Positions 1 to 9,003 of a stretch of DNA of 64,000 bases are shown piece by piece; positions within the stretch are counted from its first letter, which is position 1; the number at the start of each line of letters is the position of its first letter. Origin of the DNA: Vicinamibacterales bacterium (GTDB lineage Bacteria > Acidobacteriota > Vicinamibacteria > Vicinamibacterales > UBA2999). A program made the translations under genes and the position numbers. The notes beneath the pieces are model-generated. The model was not told where the DNA came from. It worked only from the letters and a program-made list of their open reading frames with translations, and made no database searches. Location of the stretch: positions 34,387 through 98,386 of the forward strand of contig JBFWOG010000006.1 in NCBI GenBank assembly GCA_050250645.1, in the 5' to 3' direction.

Positions 1-1
1 G

Positions 2-88
2 GTGTTCGACCCGTCCCGCGATCCGGCGTGCCTGCTCGCGCCAGGCGACCGCGTGCGCTTCGTCCCCGTCCCGGGCGGTGCGCGATGA
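2..88 (+). CDS. pxpB: 5-oxoprolinase subunit B (PxpB/KipI family), C-terminal end only; the gene starts upstream of the window
   Basis: Frame 2 reads VFDPSRDPACLLAPGDRVRFVPVPGGAR-stop. This is a typical PxpB C-terminus. Its TGA overlaps the next ATG (ATGA), and the next gene is pxpC. Confidence 0.45.
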   Translation: MFDPSRDPACLLAPGDRVRFVPVPGGAR

Positions 89-1047
89 CGGGCGGCGCCA
101 TCCGCGTGCTGCGCCCGGGGCTCGCGACGACCGTGCAGGACATCGGCCGGTGGGGATACCAGGCCCTGGGTGTTCCCGTCGCCGGGCCCATGGACGCGTT
201 CTCGCACCGGCTGGCGAACCTGCTCGTCGGCAACGATCACCGGGCCGCCACCCTCGAGGTCACGCTCATCGGGCCCGAGCTCGAGTTCGACGCGGAGACG
301 ACCGTGGTCGTGACCGGCGCGGACTTCGACGTCACCGCGGACGGGCAGTGGATGGAGGTCGGCACGGCGTTCCCCGTGCGGCGGGGCACGCGCGTGCGCT
401 TTGCGCGGCGGCGCGCCGGCGCCCGCGCCTACATCGGCGTGGCTGGCGGGATCGACACGCCGCCGGTACTCGGGAGCCGCGCGACCCACGTGCTGACGGG
501 CATGGGAGGGCATGAGGGCCGCGCCCTCGCGGCGGGCGACGTGCTCCCGATCGGCGTCCGTCCCGCGGGTGTGGTGCCCGTGCGGCGTGCCATCGGCTTC
601 GTGCTGCCGACGATGGGCCGGGCCCGCTTGCGCGTCCTGGCCGGCCCCCAGGCCGACTGGTTCAGCGAGGAGGCCCGGGTCGCGTTCCGCTCCACCAGCT
701 TCCGGATTTCACCGCGGTCCAACCGCATGGGCTACCGGCTGGAAGGCCCCCCGTTGCCACGCGCCCGGTCTGGCGAGCCGATCTCCGAGCCCGTGGCGAT
801 CGGCGCGATCCAGGTGCCGAACGCGGGCGAGCCGATCCTGCTGATGGCCGACCGGCAGACGGCGGGCGGCTACCCGAAGATCGGGACGGTGATCGCCGCC
901 GACCTGCCGCTGGCGGCGCAACTGGCCCCCGGCGACGCCATCGACTTCGACTTCTGCGGGCGGCAGGAAGCCGCGGCAGCCCTCATCGCGCGCGAGCGCC
1001 AGCTCCTGCGCTACACCGACCTCAGGGGCGATGAGCGCGCTCGCTGA
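85..1047 (+). CDS. pxpC: 5-oxoprolinase subunit C (PxpC/KipA, allophanate hydrolase subunit 2 family)
   Basis: MTGGAIRVLRPGLATTVQDIGRWGYQALGVPVAGPMD...QTAGGYPKIGTVIAADL is characteristic of the family. The start was moved to the ATG at 85 (the track ORF opens at 28) because of the ATGA coupling. Confidence 0.8.
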   Translation: MTGGAIRVLRPGLATTVQDIGRWGYQALGVPVAGPMDAFSHRLANLLVGNDHRAATLEVTLIGPELEFDAETTVVVTGADFDVTADGQWMEVGTAFPVRRGTRVRFARRRAGARAYIGVAGGIDTPPVLGSRATHVLTGMGGHEGRALAAGDVLPIGVRPAGVVPVRRAIGFVLPTMGRARLRVLAGPQADWFSEEARVAFRSTSFRISPRSNRMGYRLEGPPLPRARSGEPISEPVAIGAIQVPNAGEPILLMADRQTAGGYPKIGTVIAADLPLAAQLAPGDAIDFDFCGRQEAAAALIARERQLLRYTDLRGDERAR

Positions 1048-1966
1048 CCGGCTGGCGGCGCGCTTCGGGCCACGGGCGAGGGCCGGCGTGCCGCTGGCGC
1101 CGTACACCACCTTCAAGGTCGGGGGGCCGGCCGACTGGCTCGTCGAGGCCGACTCGGCGGCCGACATCGCCGACGCGGCGGCGATGGCCCGCGAGGCGGG
1201 AGTGCCCCTGACGGTGCTGGGTGGCGGATCGAACGTGCTCGTGGGCGATCGCGGCGTTCGCGGCATCGTTGTCCGGCCGCGCGGAGGACAGGCCGAGGCG
1301 ATTGGCACCCACCTGGTCCGCGCCGACGCGGGGCTCACCCTGAACGGCCTCGTGCGCTGGACGATCACCCGGGGCTACGGCGGGCTCGAGGCCTGGGCGG
1401 GCACGCCCGGAACGGTGGGCGGCGCCATCTACGGCAACGCCCACTGGTCACGCGTGAACATCGGCGAACTCGTCGACAGCGTCGACCTGCTCGGCCCCGG
1501 CGGCGACCGTGCGCAGGTGGACGCGGCCGACATGGCATTCGGGTACGACGACAGCCGGCTGAAGCGGAGCGGGGAAGTCCTGCTGACGGCGACGTTCCGG
1601 GTGACCCCGGGCCAGGACCCGGCGGCGCTGCGCGAGGTCGCGCGGCAGTCGCTGGCCTTCCGCAAGCGAACCCAGCCGCTCGCCTCGCCGAGCGCTGGCT
1701 GCATCTTCATGAACCCCGACCCCGCGCGTGACCGGGTCCCGGACGGCATCCCGCCGTCGGCGGGGGCGCTCGTCGACCGCGCGGGGCTCAAGGGCGCGGT
1801 CGCCGGCGGCGCCCGCGTGTCGCCGACCCACGGCAACTTCATCGTCAACGACGGGACCGCCACCGCCGCCGACATCCGCGCGCTCGTCGGGCGGTGCCAG
1901 GCCGAAGTGCGCGAGCGCTTCGGCGTCGACCTGCGCGAGGAAATCGTCTATCTCGGGGAGTTCTAG
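1031..1966 (+). CDS. murB: UDP-N-acetylenolpyruvoylglucosamine reductase
   Basis: PLAPYTTFKVGGPADWLV...LGGGSNVLV...FKRTQP...SAGCIFMNP are MurB FAD-binding and C-terminal motifs. Confidence 0.9.
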   Translation: MSALADRLAARFGPRARAGVPLAPYTTFKVGGPADWLVEADSAADIADAAAMAREAGVPLTVLGGGSNVLVGDRGVRGIVVRPRGGQAEAIGTHLVRADAGLTLNGLVRWTITRGYGGLEAWAGTPGTVGGAIYGNAHWSRVNIGELVDSVDLLGPGGDRAQVDAADMAFGYDDSRLKRSGEVLLTATFRVTPGQDPAALREVARQSLAFRKRTQPLASPSAGCIFMNPDPARDRVPDGIPPSAGALVDRAGLKGAVAGGARVSPTHGNFIVNDGTATAADIRALVGRCQAEVRERFGVDLREEIVYLGEF

Positions 1967-1977
1967 GGAAATACTTG

Positions 1978-2012
1978 GATCTTGTGATCTTGTGATCTTG
2001 TGATCTTGTGAT
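1978..2012. repeat. Tandem 8-bp repeat (GATCTTGT)x4 plus a partial unit; GATC sites at 1978, 1986, 1994 and 2002
   Basis: Read directly from the sequence in the murB-murA spacer. It starts 12 nt after the murB stop codon. Confidence 0.9.
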
Positions 2013-2041
2013 TTGCCGCGGTGTCGACCCGGCTGCTCGCC

Positions 2042-2104
2042 GTCGAACCCGTGGAACCCAGCGAACCTGTCGAACCTGACGAACCCGACGAACCTGACGA
2101 ACCC
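2042..2104. repeat. Tandem 9-bp repeat, 7 units (GTCGAACCC GTGGAACCC AGCGAACCT GTCGAACCT GACGAACCC GACGAACCT GACGAACCC)
   Basis: Read directly. It ends 8 nt before the murA ATG. Confidence 0.9.
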
Positions 2105-2112
2105 GAGAAGAA

Positions 2113-3369
2113 ATGTCCACACTCGTAATCGAAGGCGGTCACCGGCTGAGCGGGCGGATTGACATCGAGGGGAACAAGAACGCCGCGTTGCCCCTCATGG
2201 CGGCCTGCCTGCTCACCGACGAGCCGTGCGTCCTGACCAACGTGCCGCGGATCGCGGACGTGGAGGTCATGGCGCGGCTGCTCGTCAACCTCGGGGCGAC
2301 GGTCGAGGGCATCGGCACGACCGAGCTCCGGATCCGCTGCGAGACGATGACGACCCACGAGCCGGATCGCGCGCTCGTCGGACGGCTGCGCGGGTCGGTG
2401 CTGCTCCTCGGGCCGCTGCTGGCGCGGCGCGGCCGCGCGCACGTCGCGCCCCCCGGCGGCGACTTCCCGGCCCGGCGCACCATCAAGACACACCTCGAGG
2501 CGCTGACGGCGATGGGGGCCCGGCTGCTGCCGGGCCCTGGGCACCAGCTCGAGGCCCCGGACGGCCTCACGGCCGCCTCGATCTACCTCGACGAGGCCTC
2601 GGTCACCGGCACCGAGACGGCGCTGCTGGCCGCGGCGGCGGCGAAGGGCGTGACCGAGATTCGCCATGCCGCGTGCGAGCCGCACGTGGTGGAGCTCTGC
2701 GAGTTCCTCGCGGCGATGGGCGCGCGGGTGAGCGGCGCGGGCAGCCACACCATCCGGGTCGAAGGCCCCGGGCGCCTCCACGGCGCGTCGAAGACGCTCG
2801 AGGGCGATTACATCGAGGCGGGGAGCTGGGCGGTGGTGGGCGCGATCACCGGGGGCGCGGTTGAGATCGGCGGGACGCGCGCGGAGGACATGGAGGTGGT
2901 CGCGTCGGTCCTGCGCCGCATGCGGGTCCACTGCGAACAGGACGGCGACCTGTTCCGGGTCGACCCGGGCCGGCTGATGGGGGCGGGGCGGATCACGACC
3001 GGCCTGTGGCCCGGCTTCCCGAGCGACCTCGTCAGCCTGGTGACCGTGCTGGCGACGCAGGCCGAGGGCGCGACGCTGGTCCACGACTGGCTGTACGAGC
3101 TGCGGCTCTTCGCGCTCGAGCAGATGAGCGGCATGGGCGCGGACCTGTTCCTCTGCGATCCGCACCGCATCATCGTCACCGGCCCGTGCAGCCTGCGGGG
3201 CAAGACGCTCGACAGCCGCGACATCCGCTCGGGGATGGCGCTCATCGCCGCCGCCCTGGCGGCGCAGGGCGAGAGCCGGGTGGAGCCGCTCGAGACCGTG
3301 GAGCGTGGGTACAGCCGGCTGGTGGAGCGGCTCGGCTCGCTCGGCGCGCGGGTGGAGAAGGTCGCGTAG
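2113..3369 (+). CDS. murA: UDP-N-acetylglucosamine 1-carboxyvinyltransferase
   Basis: MSTLVIEGGHRLSGRIDIEGNKNAALPLMAACLL... is a typical MurA N-terminus, and length and similarity hold over the full protein. Confidence 0.95.
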   Translation: MSTLVIEGGHRLSGRIDIEGNKNAALPLMAACLLTDEPCVLTNVPRIADVEVMARLLVNLGATVEGIGTTELRIRCETMTTHEPDRALVGRLRGSVLLLGPLLARRGRAHVAPPGGDFPARRTIKTHLEALTAMGARLLPGPGHQLEAPDGLTAASIYLDEASVTGTETALLAAAAAKGVTEIRHAACEPHVVELCEFLAAMGARVSGAGSHTIRVEGPGRLHGASKTLEGDYIEAGSWAVVGAITGGAVEIGGTRAEDMEVVASVLRRMRVHCEQDGDLFRVDPGRLMGAGRITTGLWPGFPSDLVSLVTVLATQAEGATLVHDWLYELRLFALEQMSGMGADLFLCDPHRIIVTGPCSLRGKTLDSRDIRSGMALIAAALAAQGESRVEPLETVERGYSRLVERLGSLGARVEKVA

Positions 3370-3381
3370 CGGGGCGGGCGG

Positions 3382-5304
3382 CTAGCGCCGCGGCGCCGTG
3401 GGCGCGGCCGGGCCGGGGGGCGTCGACTGGCCCGTGCGGACGGGGGGCAGGAGGGGCGAGACGGGCTGCCCGGGCGCCGGCGACCCCTGGAACGTCGGCG
3501 TCGGCGTCACGGGCGTGCCGAACGACGGCGGGGCGTCCTCGCTGTTGCCGCCGGCCGGCGGGCGGCTGATCGGCTGGGGCATCGGGATCTCGAGGACGGG
3601 CGCGTTGCTGTCGCGGCCGACGCGGAAGGGCGCAAGGTCCTCGGCGGTGAGGTCCAGCACGCGCACGATGTGCGGCGTCAGCGTCAGGATGATATCGGTC
3701 TCCTGCGTCTCCTTGCGGTTGTGCGCGAAGAGGCGGCCCACCACCGGGATGTCGCTCAGCCCGGGCACGCCGGACAGCACCTGCCGCTCGTCGTCGCGGA
3801 TCAGGCCGGCGAGCATGTTCGTCTCGCCGTCGCGCAGCCGGATGACCGTGTTGATGGCGCGGTTCCCGAACGTCGGCAGCCCGCCGAAGCCCGTGCCCGA
3901 GATGCTGCTCACCTCCACCTTCACGGCCAGCGACACGTCGTCGTCGTGGTGCGTGCGCGGCGTGATGTCGATGTTCACGCCGATGTTCTCGTAGTTGAAC
4001 GACGTGATCGGCTGGGTCTGCACGCCGCCCGCCGCGATGGGCGAGAACGTGGTGACCGGGACCGGCACGCGCTCGCCGAAGCTGGCCTGCGCCGACACGC
4101 CCTCGGAGGTCCGGAGCTGCGGGTTGGCGAGCACGCGCGTGGCGCTGTCGGTCTTGAGGAGGCGGTAGTAGAGGCCCGGCAGGTTCGTGAGGAAGATGTC
4201 CGACTGCGTCAGGTTGCGGAGGTCGCGCAGGGAGAGGCCATCGCCGTTGACGTCCACCTGGCCACTGATCCCGGTCGGCGCGGTGGCGTTCGGCGACGCG
4301 ATCTGGAGGCCGTACTCCTTCATGCGCGTCCGGTCGACCTCGAGCAGCTCGACGTTGATGACGACCTCGGGCCGCGCCTTGTCGATGGCGCTGATGATCT
4401 TGGCCGCCGCGGCGACCCGCTCGGGGGTGTCCTTGATCGTGATCGCGTTGGTGGCCGTGAGCGACGCGAGGCGGCGGGCGTCGACGACGATCCGGAGGAT
4501 GTCGACGGTCTCCTTGAGGTCGGCGTTGCTCAGGTAGAACGTGCGGACGATCTCGTCCTCGTATTCCCGGCGCTTGGCGGTCGTGTCGGGGACGATCGTG
4601 ACGGTGCGCGGCGCGGTCACCTTCCAGAAGTTCCGCGTCGTCGTCGAGAGGGAGGTCAGGGCGGGCCCCAGGGGGGCGTTCCGGAGGTCGATCGACACCG
4701 GCTGGTCGCGGAACGAGGGATCGAAGACCAGGCTGAGGTTCGCGAAGTGCGCGATGGCGGTGTAGACGTCGCGCGTGCTGGTGTCGCGGAAGACGAGCGA
4801 GTCGGGGAGGGTGACGTCCTCGGGGAGGTCCTGCCCGGGCAGCGGCTGCTCGAGGCTCTTGTCGATCAGGGACTCGAGACGGGTCCGGCCGCCCTCGTCC
4901 ACGGCGATGCGCGTGCGGAGTTGGGCCCGGACGTTGCGGATCTCGTCCTGGATGTCGCCACTCGCCGGGTTCAACTCCCCGGCGATCTGGTACTCGACCA
5001 GGGCCTCGTCCAGCTTGCCCGTCGCCCCGAGCCGGCGGCCCCGGGTGAAGTGCGCGGACGCGGCGCGGATCTTCGCGCGCTCGAGCCCGGACCGGGCCTC
5101 GGCGTTGTCGGGGTGGTCCCGGAGGACCTTCGTGTACTCGACGACCGCGAGGTCGTAGTCCTGCGCCGTCTCGGCGGTGCGGGCGTTCCTGAGGGCGGTG
5201 GTGGTGGCGCACGACGCCGCCAGCAGGCCCAGCACGAGGACCACTGCGAGCGGGCGCGCCGGGCGGAACAGGCTACTTGGCAGGCGAACCATTGGTGATG
5301 ACAT
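3382..5304 (-). CDS. Secretin-family outer-membrane channel (GspD/PilQ-like) with an N-terminal lipoprotein signal and TPR repeats
   Basis: The C-terminal secretin core reads LANPQLRTSEGVSAQ...NIGVNIDITPR...TVIRLRDGETNMLAGLI...VPGLSDIPVVGRLF...TDIILTLTPHIV. The N-terminus has LLAASC (lipobox-like) followed by TPR-like helices. The start was chosen at MSSPMVRL (the track ORF opens at 5442). Confidence 0.8.
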   Translation of the reverse strand: MSSPMVRLPSSLFRPARPLAVVLVLGLLAASCATTTALRNARTAETAQDYDLAVVEYTKVLRDHPDNAEARSGLERAKIRAASAHFTRGRRLGATGKLDEALVEYQIAGELNPASGDIQDEIRNVRAQLRTRIAVDEGGRTRLESLIDKSLEQPLPGQDLPEDVTLPDSLVFRDTSTRDVYTAIAHFANLSLVFDPSFRDQPVSIDLRNAPLGPALTSLSTTTRNFWKVTAPRTVTIVPDTTAKRREYEDEIVRTFYLSNADLKETVDILRIVVDARRLASLTATNAITIKDTPERVAAAAKIISAIDKARPEVVINVELLEVDRTRMKEYGLQIASPNATAPTGISGQVDVNGDGLSLRDLRNLTQSDIFLTNLPGLYYRLLKTDSATRVLANPQLRTSEGVSAQASFGERVPVPVTTFSPIAAGGVQTQPITSFNYENIGVNIDITPRTHHDDDVSLAVKVEVSSISGTGFGGLPTFGNRAINTVIRLRDGETNMLAGLIRDDERQVLSGVPGLSDIPVVGRLFAHNRKETQETDIILTLTPHIVRVLDLTAEDLAPFRVGRDSNAPVLEIPMPQPISRPPAGGNSEDAPPSFGTPVTPTPTFQGSPAPGQPVSPLLPPVRTGQSTPPGPAAPTAPRR

Positions 5305-5935
5305 CGACCCCGCGAGGGATGCGGAACTCGAAGGTCTTATCGGCCAGCCCCTTGTTCTCCTGCAGGTTGGTGAAGGTGAAGGTCGACCGCCCGCCCTGGC
5401 GATCCATGGCGACGAGCTGGCGGATCTGCAGGGTGCGGGCATCGACGCCGAGGACGAGCCAGTCGTACTCGGGGTCGGCCCGTCGCGGGACGAGCTTGAG
5501 GCCGATGAGGCCTGGCGCCGGACCGGGCAGTTCCGTGAAGCTCGGCGTGTAGTCGCGGGCGAGGTCGGCCTTGCCCGCCAGGAAGAGCGCCGGCGTCGTG
5601 GCGGCGTCGGGCGCGGGTGAGACGATGACCTGCTTGTCCGCCGGCACGTAGGCGTACATCCGCACGCCGTCGGACACGAACTCCTTCTGCTCGGGCCGCG
5701 TGTAGACCCAGCGCATCTTGCCGGGCCGCTTGATGGCGACGGTGCCGCGCTCGGTGGTGGTGGTCCGCAGCACGCCGCCCTCGTAGCTCTGGACGAAGTC
5801 GGCCTGGAAGTCCCGGATGTCGTCGTAGCGGGCCTGGATGCGCGCCGCCAGCTCGTCCGGCGTGGCCGGTGACGAAGGCTGCACGGCCAGGAGGCCGGCG
5901 AGTGCCAGGACGACGGGGACGGCGTTCATGTACAT
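5273..5935 (-). CDS. lolA: Outer-membrane lipoprotein carrier protein LolA
   Basis: It has a signal peptide, then DFQADFVQ...GTVAIKRPGKMRWVYTRPEQKEFVSDGVRMYAYVPADKQV, the LolA pattern. Confidence 0.8.
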   Translation of the reverse strand: MYMNAVPVVLALAGLLAVQPSSPATPDELAARIQARYDDIRDFQADFVQSYEGGVLRTTTTERGTVAIKRPGKMRWVYTRPEQKEFVSDGVRMYAYVPADKQVIVSPAPDAATTPALFLAGKADLARDYTPSFTELPGPAPGLIGLKLVPRRADPEYDWLVLGVDARTLQIRQLVAMDRQGGRSTFTFTNLQENKGLADKTFEFRIPRGVDVITNGSPAK

Positions 5936-6007
5936 TCAGACGTCCGGAGGGGGGCAAAGGTCAAAAGTAACACACCCCCTCCGGGCGGGCCTGCCGCGCC
6001 GGCGCCC

Positions 6008-6223
6008 CTAGGGCCGGTCGGTCGGGGCCGAAAGCCGCCCGTCCGCGGACCGGACGAGGACGTGGGTCGCCGTGAGGCGGGCCAGAACCGCCTCACAGGT
6101 GGGGCGGTCGAGTCCCCAGAGGCGCTCGGCCTGGTGGGGCGTCAGCCGCAGCCCGGGCATCTCCAGGAACTCCGCCCGGATGCGCGCGACGAGTGTGGAA
6201 TCGACGTCGGCAATGGTGGTCAT
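6008..6223 (-). CDS. Small hypothetical protein (71 aa), possibly winged-helix-like
   Basis: The ORF has coding-like composition and no recognised family. The call rests on its position and strand upstream of lolA. Confidence 0.4.
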   Translation of the reverse strand: MTTIADVDSTLVARIRAEFLEMPGLRLTPHQAERLWGLDRPTCEAVLARLTATHVLVRSADGRLSAPTDRP

Positions 6224-6230
6224 CGATGGG

Positions 6231-8570
6231 CTACCCCTGTGCCTTGTCTGCCATGATCCGGCTGGCGGGTGACGGGCCGGAGTCGTTCACGTCACGATCT
6301 TGCAAATTTGTTGCCGTCGTGAGCCCGCGGGCCCCGAGCGCGGTGATGGCCGACAGGCTGGCGATCTCGGCCGCCGTGATGCCCGGGTGGAGGACGTTGA
6401 CCGGCTTGCGAAGGCCCACGAGGAAGGGCCCCAGCACCTCCGCGCGGCTCAGCCGCCGCACCAGCTGGTAGCCGATGTTGCCGGCCGCCAGGCCGGGGAA
6501 CACGAGGACGTTGGCGTCGCCCTGCACGCGCGAATGCGGGTAGCTCTCGCGGGCGATGGCGGGCACGAGGGCCGTCTCGGCATGCATCTCCCCGTCGATG
6601 ATCAGGTCGGGGCGCCTGGCGCGGGCCAGGGCCACGGCCGCCGCGACCCGCTCGGGCAGCGGGCCCCGCACGCTGCCGAAGCTCGAGAAGGCCAGCAGGG
6701 CCACCCGCGGCTCGACGTCGAACAGGCGCGCGATGTCGGCGGTCAGGCACGCGATCTCGGCGAGCTCGGCGGCGGTGGGCTCGATGTTCACCATGGTGTC
6801 GGCGAAGAACAGGAGCCGCTTGGGCAGCACCAGCAGGTGCACGGCGGCCGCCCGGCTGACGCCGGCCTGGAGGCCGACGATCTGGAGGGCCGGCCGGATG
6901 GTGTCCGGGTACGCGCGGTCGAGGCCGCCGACGAAGCCGTCCACCTCGCCGAGGTGCAGCATCAGCAGCCCCCGCACGATCGGGTCGCGCGCCTGGACGG
7001 CCGCCATCGCGGGCGTCATGCCCTTGCGCGCCCGCAGCGCGTAGAGCGCCTCGGCGTAGGGGGCGACGGGCAGGACTGCGGGGTCCACGATGTCGTACGC
7101 GCGCTCGGGAATCTCGAGCCGGGCGGCGCGGGACCGGATGACGTCCGGCCGCCCGATCAGGACCGGCCGCGCCTGCTGCTGGTCGACGATCTCCCGCACC
7201 GCGCGGAGGACCGGTTCCTGCTCGCCGTCGGGGAAGGCCACCCGGTGCGGGGTCTCGGTCCGGGCCTTCCGCGTGACCAGCCGCACGACCTCGCGCGCGG
7301 GGCCCATGTGCCGCTCGAGCGCGGCCCGGTAGGCCGCCATGTCGGCGATGGGCCGCCGCGCCACGCCGTCGGCCATCGCGGCCTCGGCAACCGCCGGCGC
7401 CACCCAGAGCAGCACGCGGGGATCGAACGGCTTGGGAATCAGGTACTCCCGGCCGAACGAGAGGTCCGCGAGGCCGTAGGCCTCGAGCACCGATTCCGGC
7501 ACGACCTCGCGCGCCAGGGCGGCGAGCGCGCGGGCCGCCGCCATCTTCATGCCGCCGGTGATCGTGCTCGCACGGACGTCGAGGGCGCCCCGGAAGATGA
7601 ACGGGAAGCCGAGGACGTTGTTCACCTGGTTCGGGAAGTCGCTGCGCCCCGTGGCCATGAACACGTCGGGCCGCGTGGCGACCGCCAGGTCGTAGGCGAT
7701 CTCGGGGTCGGGATTCGCCATCGCGAACACGATCGGGTTGGCCGCCATGCCGCGCAGCATCGCCGGCGTCACGCAGTCCGCCGCCGACACGCCGACGAAG
7801 ACGTCGGCCCCCTCGAGCGCCTCCTCGAGCGTCCGTCGCGGGGTCTCCGCCGCGAAGCGGGCCTTGTACGGGTTCATCTTCTCCGTCCGGCCCGTGTAGA
7901 CCACGCCGGCGGTGTCGACGAGGAGCACATGGTCGCGGGCGACGCCCAGCTCGACGAACATCTCGGCGCACGCGATGCCGGCCGCGCCGGCCCCCGCGAA
8001 CACGACGCGCACGTCGCCGATGGCCTTGCCGGCCAGGTCCAGCGCGTTCAGCAGCGCCGCCGACGAGATGATCGCGGTGCCGTGCTGGTCGTCGTGGAAG
8101 ACGGGGATCGACAGCCGCTTCCGGAGCGTCTCCTCGATGTAGAAGCACTCGGGCGCCTTGATGTCCTCGAGGTTGATGCCGCCGAAGGTCGGCTCGAGCG
8201 CGGTGACGACGCGGATGACCTCGTCGGGGTCGGCGGCGTTCAGCTCCAGGTCGAACACGTCCACGTCGGCAAAGGTCTTGAAGAGGGTGGCCTTGCCCTC
8301 CATCACCGGCTTGCCCGCGAGCGGGCCGATGTCGCCGAGGCCCAGGACGGCCGTTCCGTTGGTCACGACGGCGACGAGGTTGCCCCGCCCGGTGAAGCGG
8401 TACGCGGCCTCGGGGTCGTCGTGAATGAGCCGGCAGGGCACGGCCACGCCGGGCGTGTAGGCCAGCGACAGGTCCCGCTGGGTCAGGCAGGGCTTGGAGG
8501 TGACGACCTCGAGCTTCCCCGGCCGGGGATGCTCGTGGTAGGCAAGGACGTCTTCATCGCGAAGGATCAC
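6231..8570 (-). CDS. maeB: NADP-dependent malic enzyme (malic enzyme domain + phosphotransacetylase-like domain)
   Basis: [30 protein letters not shown]...[22 protein letters not shown], with a C-terminal PTA-like domain; 779 aa. Confidence 0.9.
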   Translation of the reverse strand: MILRDEDVLAYHEHPRPGKLEVVTSKPCLTQRDLSLAYTPGVAVPCRLIHDDPEAAYRFTGRGNLVAVVTNGTAVLGLGDIGPLAGKPVMEGKATLFKTFADVDVFDLELNAADPDEVIRVVTALEPTFGGINLEDIKAPECFYIEETLRKRLSIPVFHDDQHGTAIISSAALLNALDLAGKAIGDVRVVFAGAGAAGIACAEMFVELGVARDHVLLVDTAGVVYTGRTEKMNPYKARFAAETPRRTLEEALEGADVFVGVSAADCVTPAMLRGMAANPIVFAMANPDPEIAYDLAVATRPDVFMATGRSDFPNQVNNVLGFPFIFRGALDVRASTITGGMKMAAARALAALAREVVPESVLEAYGLADLSFGREYLIPKPFDPRVLLWVAPAVAEAAMADGVARRPIADMAAYRAALERHMGPAREVVRLVTRKARTETPHRVAFPDGEQEPVLRAVREIVDQQQARPVLIGRPDVIRSRAARLEIPERAYDIVDPAVLPVAPYAEALYALRARKGMTPAMAAVQARDPIVRGLLMLHLGEVDGFVGGLDRAYPDTIRPALQIVGLQAGVSRAAAVHLLVLPKRLLFFADTMVNIEPTAAELAEIACLTADIARLFDVEPRVALLAFSSFGSVRGPLPERVAAAVALARARRPDLIIDGEMHAETALVPAIARESYPHSRVQGDANVLVFPGLAAGNIGYQLVRRLSRAEVLGPFLVGLRKPVNVLHPGITAAEIASLSAITALGARGLTTATNLQDRDVNDSGPSPASRIMADKAQG

Positions 8571-8758
8571 GGCACACTACTCCCGGAAGAGGGCGACTGG
8601 TGTCCCTGGGAAGCAAGCCGGATACCACCGGCGCAAGTGCGCGTGAATGGGCAGTTTGGTGGGCGAGCGCCGAGACAGGCCGGGGGCGGCGCCGGATGCC
8701 CGGCGCGGTGCCCGTACGCGAAACCGGCCTGCCCCCGCGGGTCAGGCCGATCCGGAAG

Positions 8759-8805
8759 TGGTGGACGGCGCGGGGCTCGAACCCGCGACCTCCGCGTTGC
8801 GAACG
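8759..8805. repeat. att repeat (left): 47-bp copy of the 3' end of tRNA-Ala
   Basis: TGGTGGACGGCGCGGGGCTCGAACCCGCGACCTCCGCGTTGCGAACG is identical to 18148-18194. The sequence diverges immediately outside the repeat, so this is not a full tRNA. Confidence 0.9.
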
Positions 8806-8922
8806 GCTTTAAGGGGTAATACGCCATAACGCTCCGTCTCGCTCTATCTCCCTAACTGACTGGTATCATTGGCGTTGCTAGCACAGCATCGCCCGTGGTA
8901 TCTTTCGGTCGCAGAAGGAATC

Positions 8923-8941
8923 TGCACCCCTATTGCACCCC
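8923..8941. repeat. 19-bp repeat TGCACCCCTATTGCACCCC (copy 1), putative integrase arm-type site
   Basis: An identical copy lies at 18060-18078. Each copy is internally TGCACCCC-TAT-TGCACCCC. This one lies 118 bp inside the left att repeat. Confidence 0.6.
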
Positions 8942-9003
8942 CGCGCAGAGGGCCGAGGGTGCAAAAAGACGCGAGGGTCGTGAATTCGGAACGGAGACGG
9001 GGC

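Noticed and set aside
3242-5212. Long ORFs overlapping annotated genes on the same strand in another frame or on the opposite strand. Examples: 3242-5212(-), 3670-5298(+), 6292-8148(-), 6300-8819(+), 20204-22312(-), 20437-22440(+), 22152-24305(+), 22402-25578(-), 25002-26657(+), 26614-28527(-), 28526-30418(+), 38037-39353(-), 41158-44058(-), 44508-46643(-), 47742-49820(-), 50287-53301(-), 53806-55974(-), 55826-57421(-), 60296-62305(+), 60492-62318(-), 62179-63870(-).
   Set aside because: Their translations are Arg/Pro/Gly/Ala-rich low-complexity strings, typical of off-frame reading of very GC-rich coding DNA. Each one overlaps a gene with clear family motifs and better third-position GC, and none shows a recognisable domain.
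6008-6223. A toxin-antitoxin or regulator assignment for the 71-aa ORF between maeB and lolA.
   Set aside because: It is a single small ORF with no partner gene, and I can name no family motif with confidence. It is kept as hypothetical only.
8759-8805. A possible second tRNA gene to the left of the integrase.
   Set aside because: Only the 3' 47 nt of tRNA-Ala (anticodon-stem 3' strand, variable loop, T-arm, acceptor 3' strand and CCA) are present. The sequence beyond 8805 diverges, so no D-arm, complete anticodon arm or 5' acceptor strand can be formed. It is the displaced att copy.
8869-9003. An N-terminal extension of the integrase, as given in the ORF track (start at 8869).
   Set aside because: The extension has poor composition and contains the 19-bp arm-type repeat. 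A GTG at 9004 with an upstream GGAGACGG gives the typical P4-type integrase N-terminus (KLTTETIRDL...). The true start remains unverified.
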